A DNA stretch of 64,000 nucleotides from an uncultured Sediminibacterium sp. (GCA_965650685.1 CBFGPM010000001.1:57415-121414); one strand, 5' to 3'. Shown: positions 34,791 through 44,676, numbered from the stretch's first letter. Notes: generated by a model from the sequence alone, not told the origin. A program made the numbers and translations.

Positions 34791-37508
34791 ATGAGCGAAA
34801 CCATTACTATCAAGCCTTACCTAAGGTTATCAGGACTAGAACCACTTGTTGTTCGCCCCGAAACCAATTTTGTAAATGTTGGCGAACGTACCAATGTTAC
34901 AGGATCTAAAAAATTTGCCCGACTAATCAGGGAAAATAAATACGAAGAAGCCCTCTCCGTTGCCAGACAACAGGTTGAAAACGGTGCTCAGGTGCTGGAT
35001 GTAAATATGGACGATGCCCTGCTCGACGGGGTTAAAGCCATGACTACCTTCCTCAACCTGCTTCAGAGTGAACCAGATATTGCCCGTATACCTATTATGA
35101 TCGACAGTTCTAAGTTCGAGATCATTGAGGCAGGACTAAAATGCGTGCAGGGTAAATGTATCGTGAACTCTATCTCCATGAAAGAAGGAGAGGAAAAATT
35201 TATTGAACAGGCATTTATCTGTAAAGCATTTGGTGCAGCCGTTATTGTAATGGCGTTTGATGAAGTTGGACAGGCAGATACCAAAGACAGAAAAATTGAA
35301 ATTTGTCACCGTGCCTATAAAATTCTTACTGAGAAAGTAGGTTTTCCGCCTCAAGACATCATTTTCGATCCAAACATATTTGCCGTAGCAACCGGTATTG
35401 AAGAGCATAATAACTACGCAGTTGATTTTATTGAAGCCACCCGTGAAATTAAAAGACTGATGCCCCTTACCAAAGTAAGCGGCGGTGTGTCTAACGTATC
35501 TTTTTCATTCAGGGGTAACGATCATGTGAGAGAAGCTATTCACTCCGTATTCTTATTACATGCCATTAAAGCCGGTATGGATATGGGTATTGTGAATGCC
35601 GGTCAACTGGTGGTATATGATGAAATAGAACCAACACTTCGCCAGCTTTGTGAAGATGTGCTGCTGAATAAAAACAACGACAACAACGAAGCCACAGAAA
35701 AACTCATCGCTTTTGCAGAAACCGTTAAAGCAAAAGGCAAGGTTGAAGTAAAAGATGAAGCATGGCGCAATGAGCCTGTTGAAAAAAGACTGGCACACTC
35801 ACTCATAAATGGGATTACCGATTATATTGAAGCAGATACAGAAGAAGCACGCCAGAAATATCCTAAACCATTAGATGTAATTGAAGGGCCGTTAATGGAT
35901 GGAATGAATATTGTCGGTGACCTTTTTGGCGCAGGTAAGATGTTTCTTCCACAGGTGGTAAAGAGTGCACGTGTTATGAAGAAAAGTGTAGCCGTTCTTA
36001 CCCCATACATTGAAGCAGAAAAAGAAGAAAAAAGACTGGCACACCTCGCTGCAGGCACTACCAATACAGAAACTGCCGGTGCTGCCAAAATTTTATTGGC
36101 TACCGTTAAAGGTGATGTACATGATATTGGTAAAAACATTGTAGGAGTTGTATTAGGCTGTAATGGCTACGATATTGTAGACCTCGGTGTAATGGTTCCT
36201 GCCGACAAAATTCTGGAAGCAGCACAAAAAGAAAATGCCGATATCATTGGCTTAAGTGGTCTTATTACGCCTTCGCTCGATGAAATGGTACATATTGCCA
36301 AGGAAATGAAGCGCCGGAACATGACACAGCCTTTACTGATTGGCGGTGCTACTACTTCTCGCATGCATACTGCGGTTAAAATTGCACCGGAATATGGGCA
36401 TGGTGTGGTGCATGTACTGGATGCTTCGAGAAGTGTTACGGTAGCAGGATCATTATTAAACAAAGAACAAAAACAACCCTTTCTTCAATCCATTACAGAT
36501 GAGTATGTGAAACTGAAAGAAAGTTTTGATAATAAAAAAACAGTGAAGCAATACCTTTCTTACCAGGATGCATTGCAACACAAGGCAAATATCGACTGGA
36601 ACAGCTTCACCCCTGTTACACCTCAGTTTACCGGTACCAAAGTATTTGAAGACCTTGACCTAAATGAACTCAGACCTTATATAGACTGGAAACCCTTCTT
36701 TATTGCCTGGGAAATGCATGGCAACTTCCCTGAAATATTAAGTGATACTGTTGTAGGTAAAGAAGCCACCAAATTATACAATGATGCCAATGCCCTGCTG
36801 GATAAAATAATCAGTGAAAAATGGCTCACTGCAAAAGGAACCATTGGGTTCTGGGAAGCAGCAAGTGCTGATGATGATATAACTGTTACCCATCAGCAAG
36901 GAAATACAACATTATCTTTCTTGCGCCAGCAGATTAAAAAAGCGCCGGGACAACCGAATTTATCATTGGCTGATTTTATTGCCCCACAAACAAGTGGCAA
37001 AAAAGATTTTATCGGAGCTTTTGCTGTAACGATTCATGGCATTGATACCCATATCAAAAACTTTGAAGCCAATCACGACGACTATAACAAAATTATGTTA
37101 CAGGCATTAGCCGATCGTTTAGCAGAAGCTTTTGCAGAATACCTTCACCTTAGAACGAGGAAGGAATTTTGGGGTTACGATACCAATGAAAGTCTTACTA
37201 ATGATGAACTGATCAAAGAAAAATATGTAGGTATACGTCCGGCACCAGGTTATCCTGCCTGTCCGGATCATACAGAAAAGTATAAACTCTTTGCACTCCT
37301 GCAAGCCACTGAAACCATTGGTATTGAACTAACGGAAAGTCTGGCCATGTATCCTGCCTCTTCCGTTTGTGGCTGGTATTTCTCGCACCCGCAAAGCCAG
37401 TATTACGGTGTAGGTAAGATTCAACGCGATCAGTTGGAAGATTATGCCAGAAGAAAAAATATGCCACTCGAAGAAGCGGAGAGATGGCTGAGTCCGGTGT
37501 TAGAATAA
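34791..37508 (+). CDS. metH: methionine synthase, pterin-binding + cobalamin-binding + AdoMet-activation modules
   Basis: 905 aa with the B12 motif [18 protein letters not shown] and a C-terminal reactivation domain ([12 protein letters not shown]). Confidence 0.9.
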   Translation: MSETITIKPYLRLSGLEPLVVRPETNFVNVGERTNVTGSKKFARLIRENKYEEALSVARQQVENGAQVLDVNMDDALLDGVKAMTTFLNLLQSEPDIARIPIMIDSSKFEIIEAGLKCVQGKCIVNSISMKEGEEKFIEQAFICKAFGAAVIVMAFDEVGQADTKDRKIEICHRAYKILTEKVGFPPQDIIFDPNIFAVATGIEEHNNYAVDFIEATREIKRLMPLTKVSGGVSNVSFSFRGNDHVREAIHSVFLLHAIKAGMDMGIVNAGQLVVYDEIEPTLRQLCEDVLLNKNNDNNEATEKLIAFAETVKAKGKVEVKDEAWRNEPVEKRLAHSLINGITDYIEADTEEARQKYPKPLDVIEGPLMDGMNIVGDLFGAGKMFLPQVVKSARVMKKSVAVLTPYIEAEKEEKRLAHLAAGTTNTETAGAAKILLATVKGDVHDIGKNIVGVVLGCNGYDIVDLGVMVPADKILEAAQKENADIIGLSGLITPSLDEMVHIAKEMKRRNMTQPLLIGGATTSRMHTAVKIAPEYGHGVVHVLDASRSVTVAGSLLNKEQKQPFLQSITDEYVKLKESFDNKKTVKQYLSYQDALQHKANIDWNSFTPVTPQFTGTKVFEDLDLNELRPYIDWKPFFIAWEMHGNFPEILSDTVVGKEATKLYNDANALLDKIISEKWLTAKGTIGFWEAASADDDITVTHQQGNTTLSFLRQQIKKAPGQPNLSLADFIAPQTSGKKDFIGAFAVTIHGIDTHIKNFEANHDDYNKIMLQALADRLAEAFAEYLHLRTRKEFWGYDTNESLTNDELIKEKYVGIRPAPGYPACPDHTEKYKLFALLQATETIGIELTESLAMYPASSVCGWYFSHPQSQYYGVGKIQRDQLEDYARRKNMPLEEAERWLSPVLE

Positions 37509-37550
37509 AAACAGAAGAATATCGAATGTCGAACTTGGAAGTCATCGCTG

Positions 37551-37824
37551 TCCGGGGAAATTGGCTTCAAGCTGCATGCCGCAAGCTACAAGCCTTGATG
37601 GGTGCTTATATTAGACTTCCTGCTTTTAATGAAATTAAAGAGGAGGAGAAAATTTAAAGTCAGTTGCTCAAAAAAATATTTGGTTGCCCTAAATGCACTA
37701 TCTGCTATTAATAGAACACGGATCTTCATGATTTTCAAGATCTATCATGATAAATCCTGAAAATCATGAAGATCTGTGTTCCATCATACGCGACACCAAC
37801 AGTTCGCAGTTAAATTTCCCCGGA
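37551..37824 (+). repeat. family A mosaic element, copy 4, bounded by 12-bp perfect terminal inverted repeats
   Basis: TCCGGGGAAATT (37551-37562) pairs with AATTTCCCCGGA (37813-37824). The core is at 37593-37630 and the hairpin at 37714-37737/37758-37781. The whole element is nested between outer arms at 37530-37547 and 37866-37883. Confidence 0.9.
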
Positions 37825-37912
37825 TGGCAATGGCTAGAAGTTCGCAACCAATTTTCCCCGTAAAACGATAACTTCGAAGTTCGAAGTTGGACATTTCTCT
37901 GTTGGAAATTTT

Positions 37913-38671
37913 TCACCTTTTCTCAAATAGCCACCACAATCTTCTTCTTGGTTTTACGGTGTAGTTTTTGCGGACGTAGGTTTGAATATAGTGCATGGCT
38001 TCATCTATATCATCGGTGAGGAAAATCAATTTTTTATCTTCTGCAGATATTGTTCCATGCTCGGCCATTTCGTCTATACTGTTCAGTAAGGGCTGGAAAT
38101 AATCTTTACCATATAAGACAATAGGAAAATCATTGATCACTTTGGTTTGTGCGAGGGTGAGCGTTTCAAAAAATTCATCCATGGTACCAAAGCCGCCGGG
38201 CATGATGATAAAAGCATAAGAATATTTCACCAGCAATACTTTCCTGATAAAGAAATAATCGAAAGTGATCCATTTATGCATGTAGGGATTGGGATATTGT
38301 TCAAAGGGCAGTTTAATATTACAACCTACCGATTGTCCCCCGTTTTCATAAGCCCCTTTATTGGCCGCTTCCATAATTCCTGGTCCTCCGCCGGTCATGG
38401 TGGTAAAACCTAATTCAGCAATACGCTTACCAAAAGTTACCGCTGCCTGATAATAAGGATGATCTGGTTTGAACCTCGCAGAACCAAATACGGTTATACA
38501 AGGTCCCACAAAGTGAAGGGTTCTGAACCCCTTGATAAATTGCTTAAAAATTTGCCAGGCAAAGCCTAACTCATAAATCCTGGGCTTAGGTCCGTCTAAA
38601 TATACCGACTCCTGTGCCGGTATGAATCTTTCTGTTTTCTCCATTTCTGTACTATATTGATAAAAATTCAA
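37913..38671 (-). CDS. LOG family (TIGR00730, lysine-decarboxylase-like) nucleotide hydrolase
   Basis: GGGPGIMEAANKGA and PGGFGTMDEFFE motifs are present. The start is uncertain (TTG at 38671 or ATG at 38644). Confidence 0.8.
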   Translation of the reverse strand: MNFYQYSTEMEKTERFIPAQESVYLDGPKPRIYELGFAWQIFKQFIKGFRTLHFVGPCITVFGSARFKPDHPYYQAAVTFGKRIAELGFTTMTGGGPGIMEAANKGAYENGGQSVGCNIKLPFEQYPNPYMHKWITFDYFFIRKVLLVKYSYAFIIMPGGFGTMDEFFETLTLAQTKVINDFPIVLYGKDYFQPLLNSIDEMAEHGTISAEDKKLIFLTDDIDEAMHYIQTYVRKNYTVKPRRRLWWLFEKR

Positions 38672-38724
38672 ATTAGCACAAAATTTGCTGTCAAAGACGG
38701 TAGCTAACCTTACTTAACAGTTTT

Positions 38725-40083
38725 ATGAGAAAATTCAGCCTTCTTCTACTAACAACTTTATGCATCAGTCTTTCTGCAAGTGCACAAAAAAACATCATAC
38801 TGGAACAAGTCCGTACATTTTCGATGTTAGGACCCATAATGAATTATTGGACATTGCCTTCCACCAGATCTACTTTTATCAATCAACTTACTGATCAGTT
38901 ACTGAATAAAAAAAATGCGGTTCTCTCCGATACTACAATCAGAATTATTCCCATTAATAATTTAAAAGATAAAGGCACTGAAAGTATCTACTTTACTACT
39001 GCCGATACTACTACACAACATCTCTATGTAGACATTTATGAATACGATCCGGTTACTTTCTTTTACTATCAGCCTGAATATATTCATGACTCACTTTTAT
39101 TTAAGCGAACCAGGTCAGTATTTCAGGTAGGACTTTTATTTGTTGACCATAAAAAGAATGTTATTTCTAATGATGGATTGACCATTTGTGTGGGACAAGG
39201 TAGTGGTAATGGATTTGGTATTATAGCTGGTAATCTGGCAATTACGCCCAAAGGGTTTACGGATATGTTAAACCTGTCTATCGGGAAATTATTAGATACT
39301 GCCAATAACTCCGCCTTAATAGAAGTAAAAGTTGCACCGGCTTTTTATGCAGATAATTTTATTCTGCCCGAAATCGGGAAATATCCTGTTTTACAAACAA
39401 AGTCGCAGAAAGATATTTATTCCTACCAGTATAATGGAAAATCAGAAATGATCAGGATGGGCGATAAGTTTTATGAAGAGTTGATTGCAAAAGGAAAGAA
39501 GAAGAATATACCAGACAATTCACCCATAGAAAATGTGATCACTGCTACGGGCAATATAAACAGCTCTGATTTTGTACAGTTAAGGCAGGAATGCAGAGAT
39601 GTGATAAGAGATAAGAATTATACGATTAAGTTGATCAACGAAGTTAACCCCAACTTTAATTACCTTTCTGAGGCCGATCTTTTTACGCATTTTTTATCTG
39701 GTCCGGTTCATGTTCTTTTAAAAGAAAAAGATACCATTGCGAGGTTCAGTATTTATAAGAATATTGGCATGCCAGAGAAAAAGATTTTCCTGAATAAAAT
39801 AAGTAATGGCTACGATAGTAGTTCTGTTGTAAACATTAATGCTTCATCAGCAACCAGAAATGTTTTTTGTGAATACAAGGTTCAGGGCTATCTGGGCGAT
39901 CAACCATTTTCAATATTATGTACAGATAGAAACAGTCTGAAAGAGATTTATTTAGACGAAAAAAGAATAGCAGTTGCCAAAGGCAATTTTTTACCTGAAC
40001 GTATTGCTATTTTTGATGCATCTTTAGATATTGAAAAACTCAATCAGTTAATGATGATTGCGTTTACAAAATTTTACCAATAA
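38725..40083 (+). CDS. secreted hypothetical protein
   Basis: 452-aa ORF with a signal peptide (LLLLTTLCISLSASAQ). No recognised motif. Confidence 0.5.
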   Translation: MRKFSLLLLTTLCISLSASAQKNIILEQVRTFSMLGPIMNYWTLPSTRSTFINQLTDQLLNKKNAVLSDTTIRIIPINNLKDKGTESIYFTTADTTTQHLYVDIYEYDPVTFFYYQPEYIHDSLLFKRTRSVFQVGLLFVDHKKNVISNDGLTICVGQGSGNGFGIIAGNLAITPKGFTDMLNLSIGKLLDTANNSALIEVKVAPAFYADNFILPEIGKYPVLQTKSQKDIYSYQYNGKSEMIRMGDKFYEELIAKGKKKNIPDNSPIENVITATGNINSSDFVQLRQECRDVIRDKNYTIKLINEVNPNFNYLSEADLFTHFLSGPVHVLLKEKDTIARFSIYKNIGMPEKKIFLNKISNGYDSSSVVNINASSATRNVFCEYKVQGYLGDQPFSILCTDRNSLKEIYLDEKRIAVAKGNFLPERIAIFDASLDIEKLNQLMMIAFTKFYQ

Positions 40084-40093
40084 AAGATTGTTT

Positions 40094-40864
40094 ATGCGAG
40101 TTATATCCTACAATGTTAATGGCATAAGGGCCGCTATGAAAAAAGGATTTACAGACTGGCTGGCAACTGACCCTGCAGATATCATTTGTTTACAGGAAAC
40201 AAAAGCCACGAAAGAAGATGCCGATGTTGCTGCGATAGAAAAACTTGGCTATGAGACTTTCTGGTTCTCCGCTCAAAAAAAAGGATACAGTGGCGTAGCC
40301 ATTTTTACAAAGATTAAACCCGATAAAGTGCTTTATGGAAATGGCATTGAGCAAAGTGATTTTGAAGGAAGGGTGATTCGTGCGGATTTTGGAGACATTA
40401 CATTGATAAATGCCTATTTCCCCTCTGGTACAAGTGGCGATGAAAGGCAGACTTATAAATACCAATGGCTGGATGAGTTCTTTGCATATGTACAGGCTTT
40501 ACGTAAAACCAGAAAAAAATTAATTGTAACTGGTGATTATAATATAGCGCATACCGAAACGGATATCCATGATCCAAAGGGAAATAAAAAGTCTTCCGGT
40601 TTCTTACCCGAAGAAAGGGCCTGGATGGATATGTTTCTGTCGAATAAGTGGACAGACAGCTTCCGTTTCCTTAATCCGGAAGCTAAAGGGGCGTATTCCT
40701 GGTGGAGCCAGCGATTCCCGTCTGTGCGCTTACAGAATAAGGGCTGGAGAATTGATTATATCAGTATTACCGACAACCTTAATAATCAGTTGAAAGAAGC
40801 CGCTATTTACCCGGATGTAAAACACAGCGATCATTGTCCGATTTATGCTGCTTTTACCGTTTAA
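40094..40864 (+). CDS. xth: exodeoxyribonuclease III
   Basis: 256 aa from the internal Met (MRVISYNVNGIRAA), with the ETK, GDYNIAH and SDHCP motifs of the EEP nuclease family. Confidence 0.9.
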   Translation: MRVISYNVNGIRAAMKKGFTDWLATDPADIICLQETKATKEDADVAAIEKLGYETFWFSAQKKGYSGVAIFTKIKPDKVLYGNGIEQSDFEGRVIRADFGDITLINAYFPSGTSGDERQTYKYQWLDEFFAYVQALRKTRKKLIVTGDYNIAHTETDIHDPKGNKKSSGFLPEERAWMDMFLSNKWTDSFRFLNPEAKGAYSWWSQRFPSVRLQNKGWRIDYISITDNLNNQLKEAAIYPDVKHSDHCPIYAAFTV

Positions 40865-40884
40865 TAGAAATAAACTACTTTTTC

Positions 40885-41190
40885 ATGTATATCTATAATG
40901 TTACCATACAGTTGGCCTGGCCAATACATGAGCGCTGGGTTAACTGGATGAAATCGAAGCATATACCAGAAGTAATGGAAACCGGTTGTTTTTCTGAGTT
41001 TCGGTTTGTGCGTGTATTGGAAGTAGATGAAACTGAGGGACCAACCTATGCTACCCAATACTTTGCTCCCAGCAAAGAAGCTTATGATCGGTATATTGAA
41101 GAGTTTGCCGCTGCATTAAGGCAGGATGCACTGAATGAATGGGGCAACCAATTTGTTGGTTTTCGCTCCCTTATGCAAGTTGTGAATTGA
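40885..41190 (+). CDS. DUF4286-like small protein
   Basis: 101 aa from the internal Met (MYIYNVTIQLAWPIHERWVNWMK...), a conserved Bacteroidota family. Confidence 0.55.
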   Translation: MYIYNVTIQLAWPIHERWVNWMKSKHIPEVMETGCFSEFRFVRVLEVDETEGPTYATQYFAPSKEAYDRYIEEFAAALRQDALNEWGNQFVGFRSLMQVVN

Positions 41191-41445
41191 GTGTGGATAG
41201 TTTTGCAAAATCATTTTGTCAATCACAAAACTTCGCTATATTGTCCTGAAACCCGCTACGGTATTGATTTTCAGCGAATATTCTCTGAAAGCATTGAAAA
41301 TAAAGGGTTTCAGCGGTTTATTGCAACTAAAGTTTAACCACCCGATTTTGCATAATCGGCTGAAATCCTTTACCGGGCAGGGTTTTATGCATTCAGAAAA
41401 TATTTCTAAAGTTGGAAAAATATTTTGCTGTTTGCCAAAAGCCAA

Positions 41446-41453
41446 TAAATTTG
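41446..41453 (+). promoter_or_regulatory. -7 promoter box TAAATTTG for hup
   Basis: Exact TAnnTTTG match, 34 nt upstream of the ATG at 41488. Confidence 0.4.
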
Positions 41454-41487
41454 TTTCTCTTATTAAAACACATCTAAAAACACATCT

Positions 41488-41757
41488 ATGAACAAAGCTG
41501 AATTGATCGCACAACTCGCAGAAGATGCAGGTATTACAAAAACACAAGCAAATGCTGCTTTAGATTCTTTTGTTGATACAGTAACCAAAACCCTGAAAAA
41601 AGGTGATAAAGTTACACTGGTAGGTTTCGGTACTTTCTCTGTATCTAAGCGCGCTGCTCGTACAGGTCGTAACCCACAAACTGGTGAGACTATCAAAATC
41701 AAAGCTAAAAAAGTTGCCCGCTTCAAAGCTGGTAAAGAACTGAGCGCTAAGATCTAA
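41488..41757 (+). CDS. hup: HU family DNA-binding protein
   Basis: 89 aa, [12 protein letters not shown]...[26 protein letters not shown], the classical HU arm motif. Confidence 0.95.
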   Translation: MNKAELIAQLAEDAGITKTQANAALDSFVDTVTKTLKKGDKVTLVGFGTFSVSKRAARTGRNPQTGETIKIKAKKVARFKAGKELSAKI

Positions 41758-41779
41758 TCTGGGCTCATTAAAAGAATTG

Positions 41780-41803
41780 AACCCCGCTTTCGCGGGGTTT
41801 TTC
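41780..41803 (+). terminator. intrinsic terminator after hup
   Basis: AACCCCGC TTTC GCGGGGTT followed by TTTT. Confidence 0.75.
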
Positions 41804-41811
41804 TATTTTTG
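41804..41811 (+). promoter_or_regulatory. -7 promoter box TATTTTTG for the THX gene
   Basis: Exact TAnnTTTG match immediately after the hup terminator, 35 nt before the ATG at 41847. Confidence 0.35.
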
Positions 41812-41846
41812 CTCCTCACTATTATTCATTCTTAAATAACTGTACC

Positions 41847-41972
41847 ATGGGTAGAGGCGATAAAAAAACCGCAAAAGGTAAAAGATTTAAAGGGTCATTT
41901 GGCAAAAGCCGCCCTGCAAACGCTAAAGCAACTGCAGTAAAAGCAAAAAAAGCAGCAGCGAAAGCTTCTTAG
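41847..41972 (+). CDS. 30S ribosomal protein THX (41 aa, below ORF-track cutoff)
   Basis: Hand translation gives MGRGDKKTAKGKRFKGSFGKSRPANAKATAVKAKKAAAKAS. MG(K/R)GD.K(T/S).(K/R)GK..(K/R)G(S/T)(F/Y)GK.RP is the THX signature. Confidence 0.8.
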   Translation: MGRGDKKTAKGKRFKGSFGKSRPANAKATAVKAKKAAAKAS

Positions 41973-41980
41973 GAATGTCT

Positions 41981-42039
41981 GATGTCGGATCGCTGATGTC
42001 GGATGTGTCTTTCAAATCCGACATCAGCGATCCGACATC
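41981..42039. repeat. perfect 24-bp hairpin of GATGTCG-type heptamer words between convergent genes
   Basis: GATGTCGGATCGCTGATGTCGGAT (41981-42004) is the perfect reverse complement of ATCCGACATCAGCGATCCGACATC (42016-42039). The loop is 11 nt. It abuts the minus-strand stop at 42040. Confidence 0.9.
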
Positions 42040-43335
42040 CTACATTTTCTTCTTTGCAGTTTCTTCCAGCGCAAACACCAGCTTATCAAGATCCTGTAAT
42101 TTGGTGTACACATGAGGTGTTACGCGCACACAACTGATATTTTCCCAGACAATTCCTACTGTGTGTATTTTATAGGTATTAAACAATGCCTGATCTAGTT
42201 GTGCTGGTGTCATTCCATCAACAGATACCCCGCAAATAGCACATGAATACTCAGGCTTGAATGAGGTATGGATTTTTACTCCAGGAATTTTAGCGGCTTT
42301 TTCGGCCCAATAGTTTTTGAGGTAGCGGATACGTTCTTCTTTTCTTTTAGGTCCGATAGCATTGTGAAAGTTCAATGCCTCACCGATCCCCTGTTCAATA
42401 GGAAAGCTTCTGGTACCAAGGGTTTCAAACTTTCTGATATCACTGCTTCTTGGTTTGTCGTTACAAACCAGTGGCCAGATTTTTTCAATTTTTTCTTTTT
42501 TGATCCACAGCATCCCACTTCCAATCGGGGCGCTCAGAAATTTATGTAAACTGGTACCAAAATAGTCACATTCAAGATCCGGTATCTTAAAATCCAGTAG
42601 TCCAAATGAGTGTGCCCCATCCACAACAACTTCGATGCCTCTTCTATGCGCCATTTGCGCAATTTTTTTTACCGGCAAAATCTGACCGATCCAGTTGATG
42701 ATATGGGTGAGGTGAAGGATTTTTGTTTTAGGAGTAATCGCTTTCTCAAAAGCGGCCACAATTGTTTCATCGTTCTCAATCGGAAAATCAAAATTCAACT
42801 GGGTGTAAACGATTCCTTCTCTTAAAGCACGCTGACGCCAGGCTTGAATCATATTGGGATAATCCTGCTTGGTTCCAATTACTTCATCACCCGCTTTTAA
42901 ATCAATTCCATAAATGACAGTATTCAATGCCTCGGTAGCGTTTCTGTTAATCGTTATTTCTTCCGGAGTGCATCCTGCAAGGGTTGCCAGCTTATACCGA
43001 AGCGGCTCCCTCCCCTGGTCCAAAATGCGCCACATATAATAAGAGGGCCCTTCATTCGATAATTTATTAAACCGCTCAACTGCTTCCTGCACCACCCTTG
43101 GGGAAGGACTAACACCCCCATTATTCAGGTTTATCAGGTTTGGGTTTACGGTAAACCCTTGCTGAATAACACTCCAGTAATCTTCATCTGAAGCAATTTC
43201 CCCAGCCGATAAAGCAGCAACCCTGTTTTGGGCAGCTTCCCATTCGGCAGCATGTAACTGCTGAAAAAGACTATTCGCTGAAAAAGCTCCGGCCAGCAGT
43301 CCCACCCGCTGTAAAAAACGACGACGTTGTTCCAT
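42040..43335 (-). CDS. class V-fold PLP-dependent aminotransferase/desulfurase-like enzyme with Tat signal
   Basis: It has a twin-arginine leader (MEQRRRFLQRVGLLAGAF) and the PLP lysine motif SLHK. Confidence 0.7.
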   Translation of the reverse strand: MEQRRRFLQRVGLLAGAFSANSLFQQLHAAEWEAAQNRVAALSAGEIASDEDYWSVIQQGFTVNPNLINLNNGGVSPSPRVVQEAVERFNKLSNEGPSYYMWRILDQGREPLRYKLATLAGCTPEEITINRNATEALNTVIYGIDLKAGDEVIGTKQDYPNMIQAWRQRALREGIVYTQLNFDFPIENDETIVAAFEKAITPKTKILHLTHIINWIGQILPVKKIAQMAHRRGIEVVVDGAHSFGLLDFKIPDLECDYFGTSLHKFLSAPIGSGMLWIKKEKIEKIWPLVCNDKPRSSDIRKFETLGTRSFPIEQGIGEALNFHNAIGPKRKEERIRYLKNYWAEKAAKIPGVKIHTSFKPEYSCAICGVSVDGMTPAQLDQALFNTYKIHTVGIVWENISCVRVTPHVYTKLQDLDKLVFALEETAKKKM

Positions 43336-43372
43336 GGAATCAGGTTAAGGAAGAAAGATATGAAAAACAGAG

Positions 43373-43481
43373 GAACAGAGAAATAAGGAACAGAGAAATA
43401 AGAAATAAGGAATAAGAAATGAGAAAGTAAAGCGCCTGTCTTCTCACTTTGGACATTTCTCTGTTCCTTATTTCTCTGTTC
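43373..43481. repeat. 27-bp perfect hairpin of GAACAGA/GAAATAA words in a divergent promoter region
   Basis: GAACAGAGAAATAAGGAACAGAGAAAT (43373-43399) is the perfect reverse complement of ATTTCTCTGTTCCTTATTTCTCTGTTC (43455-43481). Confidence 0.9.
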
Positions 43482-43502
43482 TTCTGTTCTTTTCCTATTC
43501 AG

Positions 43503-43510
43503 TATCTTTG
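43503..43510 (+). promoter_or_regulatory. -7 promoter box TATCTTTG
   Basis: Exact TAnnTTTG match, 16 nt before the ATG at 43527. Confidence 0.4.
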
Positions 43511-43526
43511 TATAAACATTCCGGTT

Positions 43527-43772
43527 ATGGCGCAGGTATTTAAGATGGTGATTTGTGTGGGTTTGTTGCTGCTGATCAGTCAGTTATCTATGGCGCAGTG
43601 TTCGATCTGTACCAAAACGGCTTCACAATTGGGTGAAGGCCCGGCCAAAGCATTGAATTCTGCCATCATTTACCTGGCAGGTGCCCCATTGGCCATTATG
43701 GGTTATATCGGATGGAGATGGTGGAAGCGTGAAAAAGAAGTATCGGCACACGAAATGGAAAACAAGTCATAA
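43527..43772 (+). CDS. small membrane protein, hypothetical
   Basis: 81 aa from the internal Met with a signal-like segment and one TM helix. The upstream part of the track ORF is hairpin and promoter sequence. Confidence 0.45.
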   Translation: MAQVFKMVICVGLLLLISQLSMAQCSICTKTASQLGEGPAKALNSAIIYLAGAPLAIMGYIGWRWWKREKEVSAHEMENKS

Positions 43773-43787
43773 TCCCCCTCAAAATTC

Positions 43788-44639
43788 ATGGATCAAACAA
43801 ATCCCCTGGTATCGGTAGTTATTCCATGCTATAATCATGGGGCATATATACAAGAGGCTTTAGATAGTATTGAAATTGATAAAATAAATTACCCGGTAGA
43901 AATCATCATTGTTGACGACGGATCCACCGATCAGCCCACTTTACAAAAACTCGAAGCACTAAAAACAGCCGGATACCAGGTTATTTTTCAAACAAATGGG
44001 GGTCCAGCCAGCGCAAGGAATACAGGTGTTAAAGCATCAAAAGGAACTTATATTTTACCGCTTGATGCCGATAATAAAATAACCCCCGATTATATTAATA
44101 AGGCCATCCCAATTCTAACCGAAAAAGCGGTTGACATTGTGTATGCAAGACCCATATTTTTTGGCGATTTATCGCAACGAAAGAGACAATATAAAGTCAG
44201 GAAATATGATGACCTGAATATTGTAACGGGCAATTTTGCTGATGCCTGTGCTGTTTATAAGAAAACCGTTTGGGAAAAGAATGGTGGTTACGATACATAT
44301 ATACCCTTTTATGGTTTTGAAGATTGGGAGTTCTGGATCAATGCAGCTTCTAATGGATTTCATTTTTACTTCCTGGATGAAAAACTTTTCTATTATAGAA
44401 TTGTAGCTAATTCTGTCATTACCGGATATAATCAGGAAGAGCGGATAACCCTCAATAAGCAGTATATCGCTAAAAAACATTCGGATTTCTATCTGCAAAA
44501 GCTAATTCGCTTATCATACATAAAAGAGCGTTATGAGGTAGATATCATGCGGTTCATCATTACCCCAATTCTCTACCCACTCTATTTATTAAAAATCATT
44601 GATTCACCTATTGCAAGGTCCAGGAAAAAGTTTCGCTGA
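43788..44639 (+). CDS. glycosyltransferase family 2
   Basis: VSVVIPCYNHGAYIQEAL...IIVDDGSTD...LDADN, GT-A fold motifs. Confidence 0.8.
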   Translation: MDQTNPLVSVVIPCYNHGAYIQEALDSIEIDKINYPVEIIIVDDGSTDQPTLQKLEALKTAGYQVIFQTNGGPASARNTGVKASKGTYILPLDADNKITPDYINKAIPILTEKAVDIVYARPIFFGDLSQRKRQYKVRKYDDLNIVTGNFADACAVYKKTVWEKNGGYDTYIPFYGFEDWEFWINAASNGFHFYFLDEKLFYYRIVANSVITGYNQEERITLNKQYIAKKHSDFYLQKLIRLSYIKERYEVDIMRFIITPILYPLYLLKIIDSPIARSRKKFR

Positions 44640-44676
44640 TAGCATATTATCAAACGCATTAATTGCAAGGCTGCAC

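Noticed and set aside
41216-41547. 91-aa plus-strand and 103-aa minus-strand ORFs upstream of hup
   Set aside because: They overlap each other, the minus ORF overlaps the hup start, and the sequence is not protein-like. The region is treated as non-coding (see the finding on 41191-41445).
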